Source: Squalus acanthias (lineage: Eukaryota). From it: a stretch of 64,000 nucleotides of DNA. The notes beneath the pieces are model-generated. The model had not been told where the DNA came from. It ran no database searches and saw only the letters and a program-made list of their open reading frames with translations. Positions within the stretch are counted from its first letter, which is position 1. Each line of letters starts with the position of its first letter. The translations under genes were made by a program, and so were the position numbers. The stretch lies in contig JASTWF010000810.1 in NCBI GenBank assembly GCA_030390025.1, forward strand, positions 62,001 to 126,000, in the 5' to 3' direction. Below are positions 1 through 11,900 of this stretch, piece after piece.

Positions 1-686
1 GAGATCTCAGAAAGGCATATATACAGGCAGTTTCATTTTTTCTTTCAACCAACTGATTCCCTGTTCACTGAGATTAATTTTATTCCTTGAACCCAATCCA
101 ATCCCTATGGCCAGAATTCAATATAAAGGAAAATCGAGTGCAAACCTGTTGTCTATTCTCTAGCGCCCATTTTGCGCTATCGCTCAAGACGAATTTATAC
201 CCGATGAAGATTAAATGCACATTCCTATTAATTTTCAAATAACTCAAGTTACTGATACTTGAGCGATCACGGTGTTGTGATTAAGGATTTATCTATCAAT
301 CGTGAAAACGCTTTAAATCCAACATTTTCCAAAGCTGCATAGAATTCAAGCAGCACAAAACAGCAACTACGAAATAGAAGTCCGAACACGAATCGGTTGC
401 CTGGCCTTTGAACGGCTGGGACCTGTTAGAGCAAAGCTTGGGCGGCGTGTCAGTGGGTTTTTAGAATCTATTTCATCTGCAGCTTCAAAAATAAGGCGAA
501 TGGGGCAGACAGACAGGAGCCCGCTTCTAATTCATGCTGGACGTTAGTTGCTAACTATTTCTAAACTGGGGCTCCCCACCCTTCTTCTAAGAATAGTTGC
601 AATTATTTTCCCAGTTACTGATGTTAGGTTAATGAGCATCTAGTTAGTTAAACACAAATAAAACGGGTTCCGCATTGGCGCAAATA

Positions 687-854
687 TTACTTGGCTTTTC
701 CTTCCGTTAAAATAACGTCTGCTCTTTGATTTTTCATCTGTAGCTGAGCATACTCCGTGCTCTTATCCTTAAAATTAGGGTTTGCTGTTTTCTTCGAGCC
801 TGTCATGTCGAGAGCAGCGTAGGTCAACTTATTATCAGGCCCCCTTTGCTTGGT
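687..854 (-). CDS. Exon 7, terminal cytoplasmic exon [55 protein letters not shown]
   Basis: Acceptor tttcacag, ITIM LTYAAL and ITSM-like TEYAQL, stop TAA. Confidence 0.88.
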   Translation of the reverse strand, partial: TKQRGPDNKLTYAALDMTGSKKTANPNFKDKSTEYAQLQMKNQRADVILTEGKAK

Positions 855-3800
855 CTGTGAAATCAATATTTGGAAATATCATTACTTCGACATTGTACTT
901 GTTTATAGTCTAATATTTAGCAATTTCATTGGAATAGCTGGATCCTCGCAGAAATAGCGAGGATATAAATGATGAATTAAATATAAAAGATTACCATAGT
1001 ACTATTCAAGGTCTTTCTTACACTATCCTGCATGCCCATTAATTACAGTTAATCTTTGTCTCTTTGTTCTGCTCCCCAGCCCTACCTGGGCATACACTGT
1101 CCTCTCTTGATGCTTTGGTCTTGGACCTTTCCGGGACTTGGTCAGATCTAATGTGGCATAAGGCGTCATCACTTCGGCTGGTCCCTGCATGGGAGGAAGG
1201 GCAAAACTATATTTTGTTATGGTGTTAGGGCAGATACCGCGGTTCGGCGCTCCCTGCACAGAACGATGCGAGCAGGCCCTAAAACCGCAGATTCAGAGTC
1301 CATCCATTAAATGGATGGATGAAATATCAGTCACTGCTGCCAGAACCTTCTTGTCTGTGCTCCGTGTCCGCGCCGTCAGTGCCCAGCAGGCGGAATCAGT
1401 CGCATTATCACAAATATTCGAACAGTTTGGGGGAGGGTGAAAGAAGGTTTCTTCTTTACCGCCTGGACCTGAAGCATCGTCAGGGCTGCGCATGGATTGG
1501 AATATCTTGCGGAGCCGCTGCTGGCAACAGACCCCGCGCATTTTCCTAAAATTGAATCGAATGCAAAGAAATTCCCTCGGGACGAGCGATCCTCTCCACT
1601 AGATCTCCCTTTCTGCGCTCCGCCCATGCATTGCTTAACGCCCAGACGGTAAAGACGAAAATCTACCTCCAAAAATGCGCGGTGCTACAACCGGTCTCCT
1701 GATCTCACTTTGCTGGGTGACCACTAGAAGCCCCATAGAATCTGTGTAATAGGCTGAAAGTGCCCTTTAGGTTGTGTGTCTGGGAATTCCACGGGTGTCC
1801 CGCCGAAGTTACGGAAATCCCTAGAAATTTACATTTTAAGAAAGTAAAGAAATATAAGGGATCAAAGTTCATCCCTGAATTCCATTGATAGGAGTAATCT
1901 AGTTGAAATAACCTTCATCTGGCAAGGTTTTCATACTTGAAATTACACTTTCGTTGCAAAAAATATAGTAAAACCATTTAACTCCTTTAGAACATTGAGC
2001 TTTAGGCATAATGGTAAATGTGCATCGTAGTCATACAATGGATGGAATTGAATTAGCACAAGGAGACAGAAAGGGGTCTGGGGTTAATAGCAGTCAGGTC
2101 ACTTTCAATGTCCAGAAAAGTAAACAACGAATAGAATTCTGGAATCAAGGATAAGGACATGGAATACAAGAGATTATATTAAAGCTTGTCATTGAGCTTC
2201 TGGCCTACACATAGAATCTTTTGTTCAGCTTTTAATTCATCCACAATGTCACAATATCTATATATATATCTATATTTATATATTTCTATCTACATCAATG
2301 TCCAGCTGTCTTTCACTCTAAGGTAGACCCTGATGACTCAAGCACGGAGATGAATTAGAACTAGGGATACAAATGGAACACAAATATCGAACAGATATCA
2401 GGAAAAACATATACAATGAAAGAATCAGATTTGCTTGGAATAATTCTCTTGGTGTGCTCGAAATTTCGCGGACGCTTCCCGCGATCGGTAATCACATGCT
2501 GCAGGCGGTATATATTGGAACATCTCAATTAATGCCAACTCGTTTCTGTCCATTGATTTCAATACGTAGGAGATTGCGGGAAAATAACCCTCAATTTTCC
2601 GATAAGCATCTCCGTGCTTGCTTGGTCTCACGGCCTGTGCGGTGAAGCAGCAAATTCCGCCCAAGGAGGTGAAGGTTGGGCGTTGACATTGGAGGTTTTC
2701 CGATTTCAGTTGGATACTATGACGGGAGAATGAGGCGACTGAAGGGAATGCCGATTAATCGTCACCTATCTACTCGTCTTCTTAATATTTCGGCAAATTC
2801 ACCCAAAATTCCATCGCTGTGCTCTGGGCGCACGCGGACACAAGAAATAGCTAAACTGGCACCGTCAGCCTATGACATTGTGCCGGATTTTGTATTAATT
2901 CTCGAGATGTGGGCATCGCTGGCAAGGTCGGCGTTTATTGCCCATCCCTGGTTTCCCTCAGAAGTTGGTGGTGGTGGGATTCAGAGGAGACTGCAGGGGG
3001 AAGTTGAGAGTCAACCACCTTGGTGTGGACTGCAGTCACATACAGTGCAGACCGGGTAAGAATGGCAGGTTTCATTCCCTAACCGAAATCAGTGAACCAG
3101 TTGGGGTTTTAAGACAACCCCACAGCTTCAGATAACATCATTTATTTACAGATTTTGAAAACTGAATTCAAAATCTCAAATTACAATGATAGGATTTGAA
3201 CTCGCGTACTCTGGATTAAGTTCAGAGTTAGTTAATGGGCACAGTATTATGAACTACCGCCAACATACTGTCTGCTGTATCCAGGAGGCAAAAACAGTTT
3301 TAATTATTAATTACGGTTGATGGTAACTTTTAATCAATATGCTTATTCGCCATCAGCAGATGACATTTACAATTCAGCTGCTTTGAACTATTTACGAAGA
3401 TCGTTGCCATAAGTGCTGAATTCAATCTGCGCTATTTTTGTATGAATCTTTAGAGCAATAGATTTTAACGTGACAAATTATTGCTTTAAATAGATTAAAA
3501 CTGTTATGTATATGTTTATATCTGAGATATATTAGAATGAATCATGCACATATACCGGCTGTTCGCGATAGTCGGATCTTTCGCCATCGTTCTGTGCTCC
3601 TGGTAATGAATGAAGTTCAGGACTTTACAATGAGGCATTTACTCAGCCTGGAAATACACTTCGGGTAGATTCAATATAAAGTATAACATGATCTAGATAT
3701 CACATTTTAAGTATTTGTTGTTTTCCGATCTGTTTTTGACAATTGATTTTTCAGATGCGGCTGGGGCCTCGGAAGCTGCGCGATCCTGATTGGAAAATCG

Positions 3801-6800
3801 CGGGGACACTACCCACAATTCTACGTTCATTGACCCGAATGAGCGTAAACTGGCAATCAATGAAAAGTGATTGTCCAAAAAAGATCACGCTAGTCTCTGC
3901 AGATGGCTGGGGTAACTCGGAAAATTCCACCACATTTTAGAAATTCGAATCTACCGCTACACCGGTAGTGATTAAACCCATATTCAATACATCAGGTGCT
4001 GCAATTTGTGTAAATATAGCAGACTGGGGTGACTGTGAAGCGTCCGGTATAGTTTAAACCCCAGGATACAATGTTATGTTCAGCAACCGCCCCTGTTCCT
4101 GTGAGACAGAGTAAAAGCTCTTTGAAACGTTCAGTTGCAATCAACTAACTTTCTCTCTACATTTAAAATGAAGTTCTCGCTCACCCTCTCTTTGAAAACT
4201 GTTTTTACTTTAGTAAAGAATCTAAATTATGTCTTACCTTTATTTTTCTTTGAGACACATTGCTTCCCAATGATGACAGCCAGCACCAGGACTACCAACC
4301 CGCCCCCTGCACTTGCACGAATCAGCAAGTAATGGATGATCTCACCACCTTCAAGATTGAGATGAAATATATCAATATAAAGACCTACACTGTTCAATTC
4401 AATGAGACAATGACTTAAAAATCAGAAACATTAAAATATTTTAAATAATTTTTGCCATTTATTTTTTATATTAAGGTACAATTTTATGAAACAAAATAAA
4501 AATGTTGGTCTTTGTTTAATTTTGCATGCTTAAAGAATAGTTATTTTACTTTATCTTGGCTGAAACTCAACTGTGATTGTATCCTTGTTTCTTCTTGAAA
4601 TAAGACTGCGATATCAGCGGTTAATTCTGACATTGTGCATTACTGTAAAATGGGCGAGAACCAATCGGCAGATTGATTTACATTAATCCCCATTTTTATT
4701 CCCACTGAATTCAGTGCGATCATGTTTAGTTTATTGTTGTATATGACGGCTAAAGACGGCAGTTGCTAAATGTACATCTTGCTGAAGATTACAGATCGAT
4801 TTAAGCAAAGCTGGAGACAGCGGTCTAGCTCCGGCATGTTGCGACTTGGAACCACAGGGTGCGAGTTACTGCGGGATACTGCCCCACACGTCAGTTCCAC
4901 ACCTCGACCGTGACTTCCACTGGGGCAGAAGATGTCTAACAGCAGTTGCAGAGACCATGGAGCACAACACCTGGCAGAACGCCGCGGATAATGGTATCTG
5001 AGTAAAAGTAAACAAATGATGGGGGGATGGATCACAGCAAACCGTTTACTTGCACGATAATTGAGATAGATAAACCAGTTAACTGCAATCTAATGTTAGT
5101 AGTGAGAAAATTACTAGAGATTCTTGGTATTCTGTCTCGGAGAAGCATGATGAATAAGGGACAGCCAACATGTATTTGTTAAATGAAAATGATGTCTGAT
5201 TAACCTGATTGAGATCTTTAATGAACTAACAGAGGTTTGATGAAGGTCGTTGAGAAGATATATGGATTTTAAAAAGTCATTTAATAAAGTAGCTCATAAT
5301 AGACTTATTCGGCAAATAGAGGCGCATAGAATTTTAGGGATGGTGGTACCTTGGGTACTTCATTGGCTATGTGATAGGAGGTAGAGTGTGGTGGTGAAAG
5401 AATGCCTTTTCTGACTGGAGAGAATTATGCAGTGGGTTCTCCCATGGATAGGTCTTAAAACCAATGTTTTATATGATATGCCGAAAGGACCAGGACTTGA
5501 ATACAGGGAATAATATTTTGAAGTTTGCAGATGATGCAAATTTGGCAACGTAGTACATAGTGAAGAGGATAGTAGCAGATTTCAGCAGGACATAGATAGA
5601 GTGGTGAAACGGGCAGACACATGTCAGGATCAATTTAACGCGGGCATGTGAAGTGTGCACATTGGGTGGAACAACATGGAGAGGCAGTATAATCGAAATA
5701 GTTCTATTTTGAGGGGCTTACAGAGGCAGGGGAACTGGGGTGCATATTGACAAATCTTTGAAGGTGGAAGGGTAAGACGATAAGATGATTAATTAAGCAC
5801 ATTGGATGACTGAGTTTGTAAATAGAGGCCGTGAATACAAAAATAAGGAAGTCATGCTAAACTTTACAAATCACTGGCTAGCCCTCAGCTGGAGTACTGT
5901 GTCCAATTCTGTGCACCACAATTTAGGAAGGATGTCAAGTTCTTGAAGAGGGTACGGAGGAGGTATAGCAGGATGATAACAGTGATGAGCGCCAGCAGTT
6001 ATGTAGAGAGATTGGAGAAGCTAGGATTATTCTCACTATAGCATGGAGGATTAAGGGGATACCTAATAGAGAAATTCAAAATTATGAGAGGCTTTGATGG
6101 AGCAAGTAGGGAGAAATTGCTTCCACGGGAAAATGGGTCCGTAACCATCAGTCATAGATTTAAAATTATTGATTAAAAACTAGAGGCGGATTGAGGAGAA
6201 TTATTTTCTCACGAAGTATTGTTCTGATCCAGAACGCATTATCAGAAAGGTTGGTGGAACCAGTTTCCGTCGGAATTTTCAAAAGGCAATTGGACGTGTA
6301 CTGGAAGAGGACTACTTTGCAGAGTTATGGGGAAAAAGTTGGTGTGGGCATTAAATTGGACTGCTCTTTCAAAGAGCCCGCACAGGCACGCCGGGCCTAA
6401 TAATCTCTTTCTCTGCTGTAAGATTCTATGATTCGATCTGAAATATTACCTGTGTTCGTGTTTTGGACAATGTGAGTGGCCGTGGCTGAAATTTCGAGGG
6501 TACTGTGAGACACCAGGCAGGTATAAACGGTCCCGCTTTGGACAGCCTGCGTCTCTTCCAACCGGCTGGAAGCTTCATATAGTCCATCGGTGTTTGGTTG
6601 ATTAGTGTTATTTATCCTTGTTGTAATTTTGGTTCCATCCTTATACCAAGTGAAGCTGATATTCTGCGGGTAAAAGGGAGATGTTGTGCACAGTAGAGTC
6701 AGAGACGCAGCTGAATCCTTTTCGGGTTCCTGAGAGACAATTTTCAGTGGAGTTGGCGGAACTAGAAAAATGGAGGAAAAGAATGTTACATGGACATCAT

Positions 6801-8272
6801 TCAAGGTTACCAACCCATCGTCTTTTTTCCAGCCCATTCCTGACAGCACAATGTGGGCGGGGGGTTGGGGTAGTGGTGGGGGCCTTGTGTTCACTGTGCG
6901 CTATTGGTACCTACATCGTAAACGGCATCTTCATAAATGTCAACGTTATATCGGCGGTAATTTTAACTGCTTTCCCCCGGCGAAAACCGGATTGCAGCGA
7001 ATAGGCCGCCATTTTACTGCTCGACGATTTTCTTTTCTAATGTTAAAGAACATTGAGTGTGGTGTATATCGGGTTGCCGATTCACTGACGCTTGTTTTGC
7101 GGTACATCTGCGGACCAATTCCATCCCGTTGAGCATAACATCTGATGAGGAAGTATAATTTACCCAAGATAGAGGGGCTATGGCACGAAGGTCCGGTGCG
7201 AAACCTTATTTGCTGGAGGCTTCAATGTTGATTAAAATAAGGGGTACGAGGGTCAAGCTACAGAGTGCAGACATTGACCGTTAGCAATTTGGCGTTCAAA
7301 GGTCTTAACATACAGAACATTAAATTATGAATGTGAGAATCTGAGTACAATGTAAACAGTCTGCCCTCCGTAACTAGAGCAGAAAAAAACAGTAACTAGG
7401 GTAAGATCGGTGCTTACAGTGGCGGATACCCGCTCCTATCCATTATACAGACCCTTAACGGACACTGCAATTTTAAACTCAAACGCTTATTGTATACATG
7501 CTTACTGTGTAATTCGGATGAATCCGATAATGCTCGTCTTGATTAATATTGTTGAAATATTTCAATACATAGTAGCATGTAACGTGTAGCAGTCAACAGT
7601 GCAATTTGAATATATACACATAAAACGGCCGGAATTTAAGTTGTTTTTGAATCCTACAAAGCACAATCGTGAATTTCTTCGAAGTGGGAAATATTACAGT
7701 CACATGGATCTCATTTGCCGCTTCTTTTATACTTACCCCAGATAGCTAAATTGGATCCCGTTCCGTTTCCAACTATTTTGCCTCGATGGTCGACAGTGCA
7801 ATAATATACACCCGAGTCCTCGACACTCACATTGATGATCTGAAGGAAGCCGCTGAATTTAGTTTTGGATCCATTTACTTTTCTGTCATCAGGTCCTATG
7901 CTTAGATATTTATTATCACCCTGTTTCCACCAGTATAGGTTCACCCGTGGTCCATCTTGAAAGAAGGGAATCGAGCAATGAAAGGAAACGTTTGTACCCT
8001 TGATTCCGCTCGCGCTTTCAGGGAGCTGAGTCACTTTGAGCGAAGTTTCGCAGGAGCCTATCGGAAAAGAAAATCAAAACCGAATTAATGAGAATATTAC
8101 AGGAGAAGAAGCGCGATGGTAAGTAAGTCAGGCAATGTGTGCAAAGGACAATGAAACAAACAATGTTAAGCAGCTATGCGTTTTAGCGAGAAAGCAAGGT
8201 TTAGAAACAACAGGTACCTGTGAACATGAATCCCAGAACAGAGAGGCACTGAAGTACAGCACTCGCCAACAT
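687..8272 (-). CDS. Multi-exon IgSF immune receptor, leader-V-C1-TM-cytoplasmic ITIM/ITSM tail (NCR3/SIRP-like), 369 aa; exons 8272-8218, 8057-7737, 6761-6450, 4348-4238, 3599-3556, 1184-1086, 854-687
   Basis: All introns are GT..AG with consistent phases (1,1,1,1,0,0). Exon lengths 55+321+312+111+44+99+168=1110 nt give one open frame ending at TAA 689-687. V-set and C1-set motifs, hydrophobic TM and tyrosine motifs are all present. Confidence 0.88.
1086..1184 (-). CDS. Exon 6, cytoplasmic [33 protein letters not shown]
   Basis: Acceptor cccttcctcccatgcag, donor CAG|gtaggg, two Tyr motifs. Confidence 0.88.
2895..3260 (-). mobile_element. SINE-like element sharing its tail with the LINE fragment at 25247
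   Basis: tgggcatcgctggcaagg...tttattgcccatccct is shared with the end of the 25247-26030 element. Confidence 0.55.
3556..3599 (-). CDS. Exon 5, short cytoplasmic exon [15 protein letters not shown]
   Basis: Acceptor ttcattcattaccag, donor CCG|gtatat. Supplies the phase 1 to phase 0 change needed to join exon 4 to exon 6. Confidence 0.7.
4238..4348 (-). CDS. Exon 4, transmembrane exon [37 protein letters not shown]
   Basis: Acceptor cttgaag, donor AAG|gtaaga, phase 1/1. Hydrophobic span followed by basic stop-transfer residues. Confidence 0.88.
5160..6433 (+). mobile_element. Degenerate 5'-truncated CR1 LINE in intron 3 of the receptor
   Basis: KFADDA-like RT remnant, LEYCVQF-coding segment, ttctatgattc tail ending ~16 nt from the C1 exon donor. 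Confidence 0.85.
6450..6761 (-). CDS. Exon 3, C1-set Ig domain
   Basis: Acceptor tttttctag, donor G|gtaata. [21 protein letters not shown]...[10 protein letters not shown]...[10 protein letters not shown] are C1-set signatures (FYP, TW, YxCxVxH). Confidence 0.95.
7737..8057 (-). CDS. Exon 2, V-set Ig domain with germline-encoded J-like G strand
   Basis: Acceptor ttttccgatag, donor G|gtaagt. Translation LKVTQ.PES...VSFHC...LYWWKQ...[16 protein letters not shown]...[11 protein letters not shown] contains Cys, Trp, DSGxYYC and GxGT. Confidence 0.95.
8218..8272 (-). CDS. Exon 1, signal peptide [18 protein letters not shown]
   Basis: agaATG start, hydrophobic core, phase-1 donor ACAG|gtac. A homologous 55-nt leader exon exists in the paralogue at 36237-36291. 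Confidence 0.85.
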
Positions 8273-8357
8273 TCTGAACCTATTGATCACTCGGAAGGAC
8301 AGACCGTGAACTAGCTGATGGTTTGTCAGCACGTTGAAGAGCCGGAGAATGAAATAC

Positions 8358-8375
8358 GTCACGCTGAAGCGTGAC
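8358..8375. promoter_or_regulatory. Palindromic GTCACGC-TGAA-GCGTGAC, candidate Pax2/5/8 paired-domain site in the receptor proximal promoter
   Basis: Contains TGAAGCGTGAC, ~90 bp upstream of ATG 8272. Motif match only. Confidence 0.4.
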
Positions 8376-8992
8376 ATCCTGTCTATGTGTTCAGAACATG
8401 TATTTTTGTCCCTTTGGTGAGATTTGCTGAAACAGTTCTACATGCGCCAGAAGAGGCGCCAGTTCTCAATTTTAAGTTTCTACACACACAGATGGAGCGG
8501 CCTCGCCGCGGGCCCTCCAACTCTAAGGAAAGCTAGGAAGTAAAGGTCATGCACTCGTCCTGGAACATTCCATATTTCAGTGCTCTGCGCATAGAATTTC
8601 CACGGTGTTCCCTGACGGAAGATCGGCGGAATCTGCCGAGATTGGCGAATTCTGGCTGTTACTTCGTTTGTGCTGGGTTTCCCTTTATCGCCCGGCGAAG
8701 ATACGGCTGGAGATTGTGAGGATTGCGCCAAAGTTCTCCCTCAGTGTCCTCCGCCATTTCGGATCAGGCAATAGAGATGTTTCGGACAATGCTGTAGGAA
8801 ATTCTGAAAGATTTAAAGCACTACCACCCGTAAATTTATTGAGTTATCTCCAGATCTCCCGTGATGGATTGGCAGACTGATGCAAACAAATCAGAAACCA
8901 CGTGTCGCGTTGAATACGGCCGTTTATGCCGTTTTTACGTGCCACATTTTAATTTCTTGATTGGTAACAGTAGCTGCTAGACTAGGAACGAC

Positions 8993-11900
8993 TAGAACAT
9001 AGAAACATAGAAGTTAGGAGCAGCAGTAGTCCATTCGGCCCCTCGAGCCTGCTCCGCCATTCAATGCGATCATGGCTGATCATCCCAATTCAGTACCCTG
9101 TCCCTGCTTTCTCCCCATATCCCTTGATCCACTTATTCTTAAGATATATATTGAACTCCTTCTTTAATATATTTAATGAATTGGCCTCAACTAGCTTCTG
9201 TGGTGGAGAATTCCACAGGTTCATCAGTCTCTGGGTGAAGAAATTCCTCCTCATCTCAGTCCTAAATGGCTTGCCACTTATCCTTAGACTGTGACCCCTG
9301 GTTCCAGCTCCCCCGCCATCGGGAACAGACTTCCTGCATCTAGTCTGTCTAGTCCTGTTAGAATTTTATAAATTTCAATGAGATCCCCTCTCATTCTTCG
9401 AAACTCTAGCGAATATAAGCCTAATCGACCCAATCTCTCTTCATACATCATTCCTGCCATCCCAGGAATCAGTCTGGTGAATCTTCGCTGCACTCTCTCC
9501 ATGGCAAGAACATCCTTCCTCAGATAAGGCGACGAAAACTGCACACTATACTCAAGGTGTGGTCTCACCAAGGCCCTGTACAACTGCAGCAAGACATCCT
9601 TGCTCCTGTACTCGAATCATCTCGCTATGAAGTCCAACATGCCATTTGCCTTCTTAAACGCCTGCTTCACCTGCATGCTTACCTTCAGCGACTGGTGCAC
9701 AAGGACACCCAGGTCTCGTTGCACTTCCCTTTTCCCAATCGCTTGCCGTTCAGATAATAATCTGCCTTCCTGTTTTTGCCACCAAAATGGATAACCTCGC
9801 ATTTATCCACATTATACATAGGGTCTAATGAGAGGGAGGAATTGAATGAAATCAGTATTTCTAGGGAAATGGTGTTAAGGAAATTGACGGGATTGAAGGC
9901 CAATAAATCCCCAGGGCCTGATAATCGACATCCTAGGGTACTTAAGGAATTGGCCTTAGAAATAGTAGATGCATTGCTGGTCATCTTCCAAAATTCTATA
10001 GACCCTGGAACAGTTCCCTTGGATTGGAGGATAGCTAATGTAACCACACTATTTAAAGAAGTTGGTAGAGAGAAAACAGGGAATTATAGACCGGTAAGCC
10101 TGACATCGGTAGTGGGGAAAATGGTAGAGTCCATTATAAAAGATGTAATAGCAGAGCACTTGAAAATAGTGACAGGATCGGACAAAGTCAACATGGATTT
10201 ACAAAAGGTAAATCATGCTTGACTAATCTACTGGAATTTTTTGAGGATGTATCTGGTAGAATAGATAAGGGAGAAACAGTGGATGTGGTGTATTCGGACA
10301 TTCAGAAGGCATTCGATAAGGTCCTCATAAGAGATTAGCGTGCAAAGTTAAAGCATACGGGATTGGGGGTAAGGTACTGTCTTGGATAGAGAACTGGTTG
10401 GCAGACAGGAAGGAAAGAGTTGGAATAAACGAGTCTTTTTCCGAGTGGCAGGCAGTGACTAGTGGGGTACTGCAGGGATCGGTGTTAGAACCCCTGCTAT
10501 TCACAATATATATACATAATCTAGACGAGAGAACTAGATGTAATATCTCCAAGTTTGCAGACGACACAAAGCTTGGTGGGAGTGTGTCCTGAGAGGAGGA
10601 TGCAGAGAAACTCCAGTATGAGTTGGAAAGGGTGGGTGATTGGGCAGAAGCATGGCAAATGCAGTATAATGTGGATACCTGCGAGGTTATCCACTTCGGT
10701 GGCAAAAAAAGGAAGACAGATTATTATCTGAACGGCAATAGATTGGGAAAAGGGGAAATGCAACAAGACCTGGGGTTCCTTGTGCACCAGTCGCTGAAGG
10801 TAAGCATGCAGGTGCAGCAGGCGGTTAAGAAGGCAAATGGTGTGTTGACCTTCATAGTGAGTAGATTCGAGTACAGGAGCAAGGATGTCTTGCTGCAGTT
10901 GTACAGGGCCTTGGTGAGACCACACCTTGAGTATTGTGTGCAGTTTTGGTCCCCTTATCTGAGGACGGATGTTCTTGCCATGGAGAGAGTGCAGCGAAGA
11001 TTTACGAGACTGATACCTGGGATGGCAGGAATGGCATATGAGGAGAGATTGGGTCGATTAGGCTTATATTCGCTAGAGTTTCAAAGAATGAGAGGGGATC
11101 TCATTGAAACGTATAAAATTCTAACAGAGCTAGACAGACTAGATGCAGGAAGGATGTTCCAGATGGCGTGGGAGCAGAGAACCAGGGGTCACAGTCTAAG
11201 ATAAAGGGGTAATCCATTTAGGACTGAGATGAGGAGGAATTTCTTCACCCAGAGAGTGGTGAACCTGTGGGATTCTCTACCACACAAGGCAGTTCAGGCC
11301 AATTCTTTAGATATATTCAAGAAGGTGTTAGATATATTTCTTAAGGCTAAAGGGATCAAGGGATATGGGGAGAAAGCAGGGACAGGGTACTGAATTTGGA
11401 TGATCAGCAATGATCTCATTAAATGGCGGAACAGTCTCAAGGGGCCGAATGGCGTACTCCTGCTCCTATCTTCTATGTTTCTATGTTTCTATCTGCATTG
11501 CATCTGCCCAATCACCCAACCTGCACAAATCATACTTGAGTTTCTCTGCATCCTCCTCACAGCACCCACGCCCACCCAGCTTTGTGTCGTCTGCAAACTT
11601 GGTTATATTAAATCTAGTTCCCTCGTCTAGAACATTTATATATATTGTGAAAAGCTGGGGTCCTAGCACCGATCCCTGCGGTACCCAACTGGTCACTGCC
11701 TGCCACTCAGAAAAAGACCAGTTTATTCCAACACTTTGCTTCCTTTCTGCCAACCAGTGTTCTATCCAAGTCAGTACCTTACCCCCAATCCCATGGGCTT
11801 TATCTTTGCACGCTAATCTCTTATGCGGGCCCTTATCGAAAGCCTTCTGAAAGTCCAAATACACCAAATCCACTGTTTCTCCCTTAACTATTCGACCAGT

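Noticed and set aside
7737-7800. Rearranging TCR/Ig V segment or cryptic RSS (CACTGTC after YYC)
   Set aside because: The exon encodes its own G strand and ends in a splice donor. There is no heptamer-spacer-nonamer and there are no J segments between V and C1.
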